Shown here in pieces: positions 1 through 12,694 of a stretch of 64,000 nucleotides of DNA (positions are counted from its first letter, which is position 1; each line of letters starts with the position of its first letter). Under the pieces are notes generated by a model, which was given only the letters and a program-made list of their open reading frames with translations, ran no database searches and was not told the origin of the DNA. The position numbers and the translations under genes were made by a program. Source of the DNA: Phaeosaccion multiseriatum (Eukaryota > Protista > Ochrophyta, other classes); contig OZ218957.1 in assembly GCA_965112735.1 (NCBI GenBank), forward strand, positions 1,426,001-1,490,000. The letters run 5' to 3'.

Positions 1-176
1 CTGCCGCCACCGTCCCCAGAGCGGCCAGCAGCGGAAGCGGAAACTCCATCCCCTTCGCCACCCTGTAGTCCCGCCTACTCTTCAAAGGAAGAACCGTAAT
101 AAAGACGGAGAGAGAGAGGAGAGAGAGAGGGATCAGAAGGGAAAGGGAAAAAGGGAAAATTGAACAGGGACAGCCG

Positions 177-2142
177 ATGGTCCTTCCTTCGAGTGCCATC
201 CGAATCAAGAGATGGAGTGCTTCAAAGAAGCATTCAGGAGACTCCGTTGCCGAGGCAGCAGACTGGGATGGAGTGAAGGTGCTGACCCTCAGTGTTGCAA
301 ACGTGGGCTCCATCAAGAGTCTGTGGGGCTTGTCCAGAGTGGTGGATGCAGTCGTGGGGAGGCGAGTTGTTCTACACTGCTACCTGAAGCGGTCCAGCAG
401 AGAATGCTGAAGATGCTCGAGCACCAGCAGCGACTTGAGCTTGAGCCATCTGGGGAAGGAGGAGCATCCTCTGCTGGTGAGGCTGGACAAAGACCATGCG
501 TCGAGGAGGAGCAGCAGCGGGCCCAGCAGTGTGGAGAGGGAGGAAGGGAGATTCCCAACGAAAGGCATTTTCCGGTCAGCGCTGTCACGCTGGGCTTTGT
601 ACAACCGCAGCACTTTCCATTGGGTGATATTTTGGCGGCGGACTTTGCCCTTGTCCAGGAAGGGCTGAGAGTGCTCCCTCCCTCGTGAGGCACATTCGCT
701 TGGGAGATGCTTTCAGCTTTCTTTCCTTTTTGGGAGACGGTTTTCCGAAGAGGTCAACCTTCCGCACGCCTTGAGGGAGTTGAGCTTCCATCCTGAGTCC
801 ATTTACAATCGTCCTTTGGACCTCCCCCCATCGCTGCGGAAGATCACGTTTGGGTGCTTGTTTGACCATGACGTGACTCTTCCCACCTCTCTTGAAGAGC
901 TGAAGTTTGGCGGCCAGTTTAGTCGTTTCAATCGTCCATTGAAGCTTCCTGCCTCTCTTCGGACTCTGCAGCTGGGAATGCAGTATGACCAGCCCCTATC
1001 GGATCTGCCCGACGGACTGAAGGAGCTGAGATTTCCCTATATCTCGAGGTTTGATCATCCGTTGATCCTGCCTGCCACTCTTGGGACTCTGCGGCTGGGA
1101 AAGTGTTACAGTCACTCTTGGGACTCTGCGGCTGGGAAAGCGTTACAGTCAGCCCCTATCGGATCTGCCGGATGGGCTGAAGGAGCTGGTTTTTTCCTAT
1201 ATGTCGAGGTTTAATCATCCGTTAACCCTGCCTGCCTCTGTTCGGACTCTGAAGCTGGGAATGGAGTATAACCAGCCCCTATCGGATCTGCCGGACGGGC
1301 TGAAGGAGCTGGAGTTTCCCGATGAGTCGGAGTTTAATCATCCGTTGATCCTGCCTGCCTCTCTTCAGACTCTGCAGCTGGGGATGAAGTTCACGCAGCC
1401 CCTATCAGATCTACCGGACGGGCTGAAGAAGCTGATATTTGCCAATGACTCGGTGTTTAATCATCCGTTGATCCTGCCTGCCACTCTTCGGACTCTAAAG
1501 CTGGGAGAGGAGTATAACCAGCCCCTATCGGATCTGCCGGACGGGCTGAAGGAGCTGGAGTTTTCCGATGAGTCGATGTTTGATCATCCGTTGATCCTGC
1601 CTACCCCTCTTCGGACTCTGCAGTTGGGATGGGTGTATAATCAGCCCCTATCGGATCTGCCGGACGGGCTGAAGGAGCTGAAATTTTCCTATGACTCGAT
1701 GTTTGATCATCCGTTGATCCTGCCTGCCACTCTTCGGACTCTGCGGCTGGGAAAGTGTTACAGTCAGCCTCTATCGGATCTGCCGGATGGGCTGAAGGAG
1801 CTGGATTTTTCCAAGTGGTCGAAGTTTAATCATCCGTTAACCCTGCCTGCCTCTGTTCGGACTCTGAAGCTGGGAATGGAGTATACCCAGCCCCTGTCGG
1901 ATCTGCCGGACGGGCTGAAGGAGCTGAAATTTTCCGATGAGTCGGAGTTTAATCACCCGTTAATCCTGCCTGCCTCTCTTCGGACTCTGCAGCTGGGGTG
2001 GGAGTACAAGCAGCCGCTCCCACATCTACCTGCAGATCTGGAGCGACTCGTGGTTTGGAAGGGATACAAGCTACCTGCTCAGCTGCCCGAGGGTCTTCTA
2101 GTGGAGGTCATCAAAGAATTTGAGAGTGAGGATGATGAGTAG
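177..2142 (+). pseudogene. FNIP-type repeat protein, intronless, broken by several frameshifts (pseudogene or assembly errors)
   Basis: ORFs 771..1214 and 1081..2142 consist of 41-aa (123-bp) units, FNHPLxLPAxLxTLxLGxxYxQPLSDLPDGLKELxFxxxSx, i.e. paired FNIP-like repeats. A 37-bp duplication (1076-1112/1113-1149) shifts the frame. Further shifts near 685 and 745 link the upstream ORFs (LPPS-VRHIRLGDAF, EVNLPHALRELSF). The 5' extent is uncertain. Confidence 0.7.
927..2040 (+). repeat. 123-bp coding tandem repeat array (~9 units) with a 615-bp higher-order repeat
   Basis: TTT(A/G)ATCATCCG recurs at 1210, 1333, 1456 and onward; the variant TTAACCCTG...GTTCGG occurs at 1222 and 1837 (5 x 123 bp apart). 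Confidence 0.9.
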
Positions 2143-2261
2143 AAGGAGGAGGAGTACTCTTAAGGCGGCGCGGACACAGTGATGATATGAAGGAGGAGGA
2201 CGGCGGGAGGGAGGGGGGAGAGGAAAAGGGGATATGACGGGACGAGTTGAGGAGATGAGAT

Positions 2262-2913
2262 GTGCCCAACTTGATTACGGTGACTGCAAGGACCGGCTAC
2301 GACGACAAGGAGCTGTCGCATATTGTGGACCGGCGCTTCGGCGATATGGTGGCAAGCATGCACCTTTCCGATCTGGAGAGCACTGCCCTGCAGCTGTGTG
2401 TGCAGAGGTCGGATCCGTCCATAGCCGCCCTTCTTGAGGTGGCTGTTCCGTCTGGAGAAGGACGAGACCGACTTTAAGGACACTCTCCGGCGGCTGGCCA
2501 GGGTGACGCTGGAGCAGCTGCAGCCCCCCCCCTCCTCCTCCTCCTCCTCCTCCTCCTCCTCCTCCTCCTCCTCCTCCTCCTCCTCCTCCTCCTCTTCCTC
2601 CTTGCGGGGAGTGCCGCTTTCAGGAGGAGGAGCGGCATCAGCAGGCTACGAAGAGGAGGGAGGGGAGGAGGGAGGCAGAGCACGAAGGGTGGACATGACG
2701 TCTGCGGGCCGGGAGAGCTTGTTCCAGACGCTCGTGGCGGACTTGGTGAAGAACGCCATTGTGCCCTCTCCGGCGGCAGGGGTGGCTCTGCTGGCCATGT
2801 TCGACGCTCGCGACTCGAGGGTCATGGCTGCGCTGCACGGCTGCGAGGAGAGCGCGGACATGGAGCAGCTGGTGGTGGACCTGCACGCTGTGTTGGGGGC
2901 CGTGCAGCAGTAG
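2262..2913 (+). pseudogene. Frameshifted fragment of an unknown helical-repeat protein
   Basis: ORF 2262..2477 (...RSDPSIAALLE) continues in another frame as LFRLEKDETDFKDTLRRLA and later RVMAALHGCEESADMEQLVVDL, two similar helical motifs. The upstream acidic region contains stops. Confidence 0.4.
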
Positions 2914-3316
2914 CTCTGGAGGGCAGAGGGGAGGTGGCCACTATTAACCACTGGCAGGTAGTGGCAGGATAGCAGCAGGAGGAGGAGGAGGCGGAGGAGG
3001 ACGAAGAGGACGAGGAGGAGGAGAAGGCGAGAGAGAGGGACAGCCCCCATGCCTTTGTTGTATAGCAGGAAAGGTTTTACTCATAAATTGAGAAGGAATA
3101 CAAAGACTCCCCAGGTGGTGCGTGGTGCGTGGGCGCGAGTGACGATGTAGTATGTCAATGGGGGAGGCCGTCCTGGTTTCTCCTCTTCAAAGCTCTGTGG
3201 TATCGTATAATAAAATTAAGTTAAATACTTGGGTTTAAAAAAATGAAAGGCCTCATTCGGCCTTCCTCTCCCTCCCTCCTCGTCTCCTCTCCTCCCGCCT
3301 CACAACAAGGCAGAGC

Positions 3317-5565
3317 TCACAACAGCACACGCGAGCTCTTCCTGCCGAGCGCGTGTGACCTATCGGTAAGGCCGCTCTGCGCCGGGCTGTGTACCGCACT
3401 ACTGTTCCCTCGTGCCTCACCGAGCTCCGCAAGATACCCCACCATACCCGGGCCTCTCCCCTGAAGCACAATGTCGCTGTCGTCGTCGCCGTCTCCACCG
3501 TGCAGGCGCTGGAACGGCACCGAGCCGAGCCCGTTGGAGCCTGCCTCTCCATTCCCTCCTCCATGGGATCCCCCACCCCCTCCTCCTCCTCTCGACCCAC
3601 TCCCTCCCCCCCCTCCTCTTCCTCCTACTGTCATGTACTCTGGGGAGAATAACCTCTCAATCTCCTCCAGTGAGAGGCCCTTGGTCTCGGGCATGACCGC
3701 CACCACCCAAAGCCACCCGGCGGCCCCAATGCCGCAGTAGAACCAAAACGCGCCGTACTTACCCAGCATGGCGGGGTTCGCTAGTGACAAAAAGGTTGCT
3801 GAAACAAACACGTTCGCCAACCAATTCACAGAAGTCGAGATGGATACACACATACTCCGCACATTGGTGGGGTAGATTTCCGCGTTGACCGTCCATGGCA
3901 CCGAGCTCATCCCAAACCCGAAGGAGAGGAGATAGACCATGAGAGACACCACCGCTGGCCACCCGTTGCTCCCTGGGCAAACCTCGGTGGACCACTTCTC
4001 CCCCGGTTCCGTACACCTATCCCCCACCGCGGCTCCTGCCCCCCCCGCGAAGCAATACCCAGCGTCCGAGCCTGTCGCTGCCCGTACATCGCAAAAGCCG
4101 CACGATGACAACTCTATACAGCGATAGCACGAGTCGATGACTTCGTGACGACCCGTCAATACGTTGTTAATACCCGCAAAGCAAATGCCGTCCGCGTCGA
4201 GCTCTGCGCTTTCCTTGGACACGGCGATGGAGCCCTTCATTTCCGTGTAAAAGCTTGCTCCCAAACACGCCAGGGACACGGTCACCAGCCCGAGAGAGCA
4301 TAGCAGGAGCGGCCGCCGCCCACTTCGCTCAATGAGAAACAGTCCCAACCCCACCCCCATGGCCTGGGCCAGGGCAGACAAGGCAGCCAGCCAAATGGCC
4401 GTGTTCTCCGGGAACCCGCTCATTTCGAAGATGGTAGCCTTATGGGGAAGAGAGAGAGGAGTGGTTGTATATAAGCAGCGGAGGACGAAGACCAGGAGCA
4501 GCAGCTCGGCACGGGGCTCCGGCGATGGCGTTCGAATCGATCCCCTCATCCCCTTCTTCTCTTCCATCCCCCCACCCACCCGCCACTTACCGAGTAGTAC
4601 ATGACCGTGTTGATGCCGCTGAGCTGCTGGAGTAGCTGCAGCCCACAGCCCAGGATGAGCGCCTTGCGGACGGCGGGCATTCGGAATATAATGTCAAAGA
4701 AGCTGTAGTGCGCATTGCCGTGTTTCTCTGCGGAGAAGAAGGAAGGGGGGTGGACAGAAGTCGAGAAGGGTAAGAGACAGACAGAGAGAGAGAGAGTATA
4801 TGTGCGAGCTTACGAGTTTGCACACACACCTTCCTCCCTCCCTCCCTCCCTCCCTCCACTCTTCCCACCCATCTATCTGCAGGGCACCCCACTCCACTCA
4901 CCCGAAGCACTGATCATCTCTTCGAGCTCCTCCCACACGTCCACCTGCCCCCTGATCTGCTGCAGTACGGGCACCGCCTTCTCCACCAGGCCCTGCTGAG
5001 CCAGCCACCTCGGAGACTCCGGCAAGAAGCAAAAGCCCACCGCCATAATGAGGCTCGGGACGGCAGCGAGGCCCAGCATATACCTCCACCCGTCGGGCAC
5101 ACTCGCAAACACCCCATCTACCACGCACGCCACGACTTGACCCGAGCAGATGAGCAGGGTGTTCAAGGTGAGCAGCTTTCCTCTGAGTTGGGCGGGAGCC
5201 GCTTCGCTAATGTAGATGGGGACCACGAGCGATGCCAGGCCGATCCCCAAGCCCACAATCGCCCTCCCCACCAGCAACACCGAAAAGCCTGGGGCGGCGG
5301 CCATCAGTAGTGCGCCGAGCGTGAACGTGACGGCGGCGGTCATAATGCAGCGCCACCTGCCGTACCTGTGGCTGCAGGGTCCGCCCACCACAGCCCCACA
5401 CACCGCCGCCGCCACTGTGATGCTGACGAGCACTTCCTCCTCAACTTCCGAGAGGCCCAAGTCCGTCTTGATCTTGAGCATCGCCCCGGACACCACTCCC
5501 GTGTCATAGCCAAACAGGAAGCCGCCGATGGCCGAGATGATCGTGAGGAGCACCACGAAGCTCAT
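3317..5565 (-). CDS. MFS sugar porter, proton/myo-inositol symporter (HMIT/INT-like); exons 5565-4902, 4727-4591, 4438-3317
   Basis: Motifs [52 protein letters not shown] and [12 protein letters not shown]; Cys-rich loop (CYRC..CGFC..GYC..CP) as in INT/HMIT; GT-AG introns keep the frame. Confidence 0.93.
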
Positions 5566-5803
5566 GTTATCATTGCTTTAGAGCGCTCAATAATTCCGCG
5601 GGGGCAGAGGGATGAGCGTTGGGTCGTGGAGCATTCCCCCCATGTCAATGGGGGTCTTCCGTTTTTTCAAAGAGGAGCACTATACACTAAATCAGCGTCA
5701 TGGGGGAGGAGGAGGTGGTGTACACGACGTGAACTTCCAGTGCCGAAGAGGGTGTGAAAGAGGAGATAAAGCGCACCAAGAACGCCCCAAAACAGGGAAG
5801 GAC

Positions 5804-7659
5804 ATGGAGGGAACAGATGCTCTTCAGAGAGAGCAGGCCAGGCTCCGACTGCTGGAGGAACTTTCCTCCGTCCTCTTTCAGACCAATAGTAGGCAAAGGG
5901 GGCTTCGCCACTACGCACAGCCGCTCGGCGATGCTGCACTTGATACCAAGGGGAAAAGCGTGGCTGCCCAGCTGCGAGCCAAGAAGGTGGAGATCTTGGA
6001 GCAGGAGAGAGCTCGCCTCCGGAGGGAGACAGAGGCCGAGTTGCAGGCCCTGCAGTGGGAGGCTCGAGACAAGAAGGAGGAGAGGGCCAAGCAGGCATAC
6101 GCCATGGCCCTCAGCGAGATGCGAGAAACGCTGAGAAAGAAGGAGGCAGAAGCCAGAGACCTCTTGGCGCAAAGGTGGGTAGGGTAATGCACTCGAGTAC
6201 CTCCTCGCACACTACAGGGCCAGGCAGAGCGCGGCTGTAACCCTATCACCCCATCCACCTCTTAACGTTTTCCGTGGCGAGAACTGTAGAGACCACAAGC
6301 TGCTGACCGAAGAGCTGTACGAAGACATGGCCATATTGTACCACAAGGAGCGGGAGACGACGATGGATACGCTGGGACGAAGCTTAGGTGAGAATGGGCA
6401 CAGCACATGGTGGGTAGCCGAGCCGAGCCGCTCCGCGCCACACTGGCTCCGTGCGGGCACTTGCTAGCTATCCTGCCAGTGCGTCGGTCCTCTCCCCTGC
6501 CGCTGAGCACGCGCCTGATATGCTCGTCTCTTCTCGCATGTCTCGCTTCTCTCTGTCGCCCCCTCAGACCAAGGTGTTCAGCATAGCCTCCTTACCCTGC
6601 GCGAGGAGGTGCAGGCCGAGCTGCTACAGCAACGCACCGGGGAGCACAGGCAGGGAAGGGCCGCACTGGAGGCCGCCAGAGAGCAGCTCCAGCAGCAGCT
6701 GCGCTCGGAGGCGCAGGTGCGGTGTGCGCGGGTGTGGCATGGCATATCAGCCGTAAACCTTCATACTTGCGCCCCCAGGGCTCCGCCTCACTCCTTCACT
6801 CTCCGTGCCCTCCTATGCGGCTGCTTTGCTTTCTCTCTCACTCTCGCTCTGTCCAAGGCGAGTCTTTCTGAGCTGTGCCGCAGAAGGGAGGAGGAGCTTG
6901 CCGGGGAGGTGGAGCACACGCGGACGACGCTCCGAGAGCAAACGGCGAAGCTTCTCCGGGACAAGGAAGAAGTGTTCTTGGAGGAGAGTCGGGCTTTGGA
7001 GGCCGGACTCAGGCAGCAGCTGCAAAGAGAATGTATGTTTGTAGTTGTTGGTGCGTGTGGTGGTGGTGCAAGCCAAGTTACCATTGTCCTCCTCCCTGTC
7101 CTAGCTCTTAACTACAGCCACGCATACCACACCCGACCCCCATTCATGTCTCCCTCCCTTCGCTGCGTTGCTGTGCCTGCTGGCAGATGAAATGGCGCTG
7201 GAGGGGACGGAGGAAATAGGAGGAGAAGGAGGAAGGGAGGAGCGACCACGTGGTGGAGAGGGTGGAGAGGGTGCGGGCAGGAGTGGTAGCAGTAGGAGCA
7301 ACAGCGGCAGTCACATTGACAGCGGCGAAGGGAAGAGCGACAGGATGGTGAAGGAGCTCGCGGTGCGGCTGAACGAGGAGCTGGAAACCCAGAGAAAACA
7401 GAGCAGCGCGGAGGTGGAGCGCTTCACGCTTGGACTGCAGCAGCGCCACGAGCACACCTTACAGCACCTGCGAGCCCTACTGGCCAAGTGCCAAGTGCCC
7501 CTGGCCGTACGCCAGGAGGAGGAGACGGAGGGGGACCCCGCCGCCGCCCTAGAGACGCTCCAAAAGAAGGTGCGGGAAGGGCTCGAGGGGCTCCGTAGCA
7601 GGTCCGCTCAGCTGCAGTCGCACATACACGAGGCGGAGGCGTCGCTGCCAGCCTCCTGA
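5804..7659 (+). CDS. Multi-exon coiled-coil protein of unknown function
   Basis: E/R/K/Q/L-rich heptad segments in ORFs 5612..6187, 6609..7190 and 7168..7659, separated by GT-AG introns (first donor after 6174). Internal exon limits are approximate. Confidence 0.65.
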
Positions 7660-7867
7660 GCCCCCGGAGCGACTCAAGGCTCCTCTACCTTGTCGAGTGT
7701 GTGCGGGTGTCTCTCTCTCTCCCAACAAGGCGTTTGGGTGGCGTGTGGGGGGTGGGGCGTGACTGGCATGGGCCGACGACTTGCCTCCAGGCGTTGGTGG
7801 ACCTCCCTCCTGCGTTTGGGGGGGGAGAGAGAGGGTAGTGGGCATGTGGAGTTTGCATTGCAGCACC

Positions 7868-7990
7868 TGGGTTACCGTCGATTACCATCGGCTGCCATCG
7901 GGCACCATCGGGTACCATCGGGTACCATCGGGTACCATCGGGTACCATCGGGTACCGTCGGGTACCATCGGGTACCATCGGTTGCCATCA
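7868..7990. repeat. 10-bp minisatellite (GGGTACCATC)n, about 11 units
   Basis: Direct tandem copies with degenerate edges (GGCTGCCATC, GGTTGCCATC). Confidence 0.95.
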
Positions 7991-8904
7991 GGCCAGTCAG
8001 GGTGAAGCGACGCTCTGCTCCCTCCGAACAAGGCAAGGGTCTTTCTCATCACGTCTAGCGGGGGACACGCGCAAGCTTCTCTTCTCCTGAGAGGCGATTC
8101 CCCCCGAGGGGGGGGTGTCAAAGGTCAAGGACTACCATCGATTTTGAGCGGAGTGAGGAGCCTGTATCCAGGCTTCCACCGGCTGCTCTCGCTTGTCTTC
8201 TGGTGGGCGTTTGAGCGTCCAATCTGCTCCAGCCAGCAAGCCCCGCCCCTTCCCCCCCCTCGCCGCGACGCTGGGCCCTGCCTGCTGCGGATGGTGGATG
8301 TGAGAGAGAAGACAAGGAACGACGGAAGGAGGGGCTCACCGCGGAAACGTCTCTCCTTTCTTCGAGGGGTCAGTGTGTAGTGTGTGCCGCCGGCTACGTC
8401 CGGTCGACGGCTCTTCCCGAGCGCAACAGCAGATCGCTTGACGTTTGACAAAACAGAGAGTGCAATTGCAGAGTGTTTGACATGGGCACACATACAGAGG
8501 GGAGAGGCTCGGCCTGCAGTGGGGCAGTGGGAGGCTTCAATGCTCTGCCTCCGCCACAGAGTCTGCATTGCGCAGCGTAGAGAGTCCGTCAAGTCAGGCA
8601 GTCACACGGTCAGCCGTCCCGGAGCGTAGCGCCGCAAGTTGGGGAGGCTCGAAATGGGTATCCGAAATGGGTATCCGACGGGGCGGTCCCTTACGTATAC
8701 GATTACGTGTTTTTAGTTAGTCAATGATGGAGTGAGAACTGTTGAGCCCCTTGCGAGAGAAGCGAGAAGCTAGTGCCTCTCCTCTACGATCTGTGCATCG
8801 CATGTATATACCAGCATACGCCATTTGTATCCACAACACCAGCCTGGCTGCTTCTTGCCTGACGCTCTCGGTGCGGTCCACATACACGCAATCTCTAGGG
8901 CGGC

Positions 8905-11112
8905 TTAGCTTGACGGCACAGCGGGAAGGGCAGGCTCGAGCGGAGCTTCGACCAGCTTGTCCAGCGACTGACTGTCGTCCCCCCCCATGCTAATTTCCGA
9001 CACGAGAATCTCCCGCAGCTTCTTCTTCTTCAAGTCCGGCAGGAACTACTCCACATCGCAGCACAGAAGGGTCAAGGGGGAAGCAGAGGGGAGCGATGAG
9101 TGAGCAGAACTTTATGTGGGCAAAGGCGTCTGAGCCAGCGAGTGCAACGGCCAGCAGCGGTCTCTCTCTATGTGTAGAGTACTTTCTTTCTCTTCTGCAG
9201 CCACTCTCTCTACTACGTCGAGATGCGAGATTCAGCGAATCCATCCATTGCAGTCAGTCACCATTCTCCCTCTCTTTCTTAATTAACAAATACATGTATC
9301 CAGGAGTAACCACATCCTTCTCTTAAGTCGCCACACCCTTCTCTTCCCGTCCGTCCCCTTCCCATCCCGGCCGGGCGGGAGGACTCCATACAGATGGCAC
9401 TAGAGGGTGCATAGAATCCAGCCTACCCACACTGACACACACACACAGACATACCTTGGGGAAAACAATGTTGAATCGGATGACGAGGTCTCCTCTTTGC
9501 CCCTCGCTCTTGCTGAGGGGCATCCCCTCCGCCTCGATGAGCTTCTCGTAGCCTGGAGACACCACCTCTGGGCAGGGGATGTTAAGCACGCGACCGTCGA
9601 GGGTGGGCACCTAAGGACGGAAGGAGACGACAAGGGAGGAAGGAGAGCGGTGAATAAGAGAGGAGGGGGGGGTGAGGCAGCGAGTGAGTGGGTGAGTGAG
9701 TGAGTGGGTGGGTGAGTGAGTGAGTGAGTGGGTGGGTGAGTGAGTGGGTGAGGGAGCGCCTGTACCCACTTGCCCACTTCACTAACCTCGATGATGCAGT
9801 CGGTGATGGCGTCTGCAAGAGAGAGCTTGTGTGTGAAGATGAGCGAGTTTCCCTGCCTAGAGAAGAGCGCGTGAGGCACCTCCTTGATGCAGAACACCAC
9901 GTCTGCGGGCACAACACCGGGGTTCTCGTCGCCCTCGCAAGGGAAGGTCACCTTCGTACCTGCCTTCCAGCCTACGGAGGAGGAGGAAGACGAGAAGGAG
10001 GAAATGGTGTCAAGAGGACGCAGGAGGAATTTCTCTCCTCCTCTCCTCTCCGGTCTCTCTCTCTCCCTCTCTGTCCCCATGAGTCATGACTGCTGTCAGG
10101 CACGCATCGTTAGTGCGAAGTAGGTCCTACTCACCAGGCTTCATGGTCACTGTCAACTCTTTTGATTGCGGCTCCAGATCTCCGGCGGGGGTCATGCGCT
10201 GAGGGGGTGGCGCAGGAGAAGGGGGGGGCAGGGAAGAGCAGGAGAAGCGGGTGAATGGGTGGTGGATTGTGAGTTGGATCACAAGGCCAGCACAGCTCAA
10301 CCACCCACGCCCTCACCCACCCACTCACACATACACCCATAGAGAGAGAGAGTCTGAGCGTACAGAGGCTATGCATGCCGAGAGGAAGGGGGGAACGCAT
10401 CAATCAATCCAACCCGCATACTGTACAGTAATAAAGCGCACCTTTCTCGTTATCCTAAGCTTCTTTGTGCACCCGTTAAACAGCTCCTCGAGTGTGCAGG
10501 GAAGGTCCTTGACAATGTCGCTGGCCTTGTTGGGGCCCGGCTTGTTGAGGCGGGAGGCAAAGGGCATGGAGTCGCCGAACCCAAAGTCGGCGAAGGGGTT
10601 GCGTGTACCGAAGAAGTTTTCGAAGATCTCCTTGGCGTTCTGTGTGTAAGAGTAGCCTGCGCTCATGCCGCCATCCTAGAGTGAGCGGGGGAGGGGGGGT
10701 GGGCAGTAAGAGAGTCAGAAGGAGGGGGGGGGCGAGAGCACGGTTCGTTTAGGTAAGAGAGGAGCGCGAGGGGAAGGAGGGCAGGCCCAGAAACGGCCAT
10801 CACCACATGCATACATTCTGTCTGTTCGAGCGCGGCCATTCTGTCTCGCCTTTTCCACTCTCCATACGCCGAGCAACAGAGGATGGACGCCCAGTGCCCA
10901 GAAAGGACAATGTGCATGCGCGAAAACTCCATCACCCCCCCCCGAGACAGACCCCGAGGCTCAGCGCACCTTGTCTGGCACCCCGTCCCGGAGGCCCTCG
11001 TAGCCGAACTGGTCATAGATGGCCCTCCTCTGGGGGTCGCTCAGCACGTCATACGCCTCCCCAATCCTCTGAAACATTTTTGCCGCTTCCTTCTGCAGAG
11101 TACACAACAAGC

Positions 11113-11148
<36 letters not shown>

Positions 11149-11568
11149 TGAAGAGATTTTAAGTTACACAACGGTAACCTAATGATCTGTAAGCGAGCAT
11201 AAGAGAAGCCCAGGTTACGCCATCAGTGTCCAGGGGAAGTAGAAGTGCCCGGCTATGCTACTCGAGTGATACTCAGTGTAAACGGGTATAAAACCACCTC
11301 CGCCCAATCGCACCCAAGGCAGCTAGCAATCATGGCGCATGTTCTTCAGACAGGTCTCGAGAAGTAAGGCATTTAGCGGTGGGGCCTCAGCTCCTCTGCC
11401 TCTGCTCTGTCCGCCTCGGAGCGGCATGGCACGTACCGCCTTGTCCCTGTTCTTGTCGGGATGCCACTTCATAGCGAGTTTGCGGTACGCCTTCTTGATG
11501 TCTGCCTCTGACGCCCCCCTACCCAGACACAGCACATCATAGAGGTCTGCGATTTCATCCGAAGCCAT
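8905..11568 (-). CDS. DNAJB13: Class B DnaJ/Hsp40, DNAJB13/RSP16-like; about 7 exons
   Basis: J domain with KWHPDKN and EAYDVLSDP; [11 protein letters not shown]; [19 protein letters not shown]; [16 protein letters not shown]; VPTLDGR...GMP...[12 protein letters not shown]; no Cys-rich zinc finger; last exon [14 protein letters not shown] ends at TAA 8905. Orthology is inferred. Confidence 0.85.
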
Positions 11569-11944
11569 GGTGTATTATTCTCCTATCTTGAGAGAGGGCC
11601 TATATATTTTTTCACAAAGGGGAGGGCGCCCTCTGCCGAGAGGTAGGCTCTGCCCAAGACCACCTCCTCCTCTTCCTCTGGCGTCTGCTGCTGCTCCTGC
11701 AGTGCCTCCTTTCTCCCTTCCTGATGTATTACTTATTGGCCCTTCCTGGTATATTTTTGCTTTCCTGCTGCTCTGTCCGATAAATCGGCCGTTACACCTA
11801 CGTAAGTCAGTAACATGTCCACTGAAACTCAAATCCTACATTGTGGGCATGCACCACCCTTCAGCGTTCCCGCAGCAGCAGCCCCCTCCAGTTGTGGTGA
11901 AGTTCGGCTGCTGAGAGGGAGGGAAAGAGCGAGCGAGAAACAAG

Positions 11945-12146
<202 letters not shown>

Positions 12147-12694
12147 GAATAGAAGAGCAGAGAGAGATCGAGCGTGGCAAGAGGAGTACCGCCCTGGAAA
12201 GAGAAGGAAAGGTTACACCGCCTGCTCCCAAACTTTAGGCTGGGGGTCTGTATTTTCCCTCTCTTTACAACGGACTGGAGAGTGATACGCTAGAGGCGCT
12301 AAGCTAAGGCCTTCAGCAGGGTTTCCCGGAGGGAGAGGAGGGGAGGAAGTGGTGGTGGGAGAGGTTGTCTCCCAAGGACGACGACATCCTGCGTAGGATT
12401 CATCGATTCAACCTTCAGCCAAGTCCTCCCACTTTTTTTGTGAGGAGCCACTCAGAGCTGGTGAGCGTTAACGGGCGAGACTTCTGTCTTTCAGGACTAC
12501 GGCGAGAACTCTGAGGGAAAGGCCCTGAGGAGAGGTAATCTTTGTTTTGTGTTGAAGGGCCTTTTCCTCAGAGCTGGGGTTCCCTTCACACCCTAATCTC
12601 TCATCCCTTTGATCTGTTGAAGAACTCTCTGAGGAGAAGACCCTCTGTCTCGCAGCCGGGATCCAAAAACGGTGGACTGGGGAGGGGTGGGAAA

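Noticed and set aside
12589-12600. Telomerase RNA template (ACCCTAA)
   Set aside because: Only 7 nt match and there is no supporting structure or promoter.
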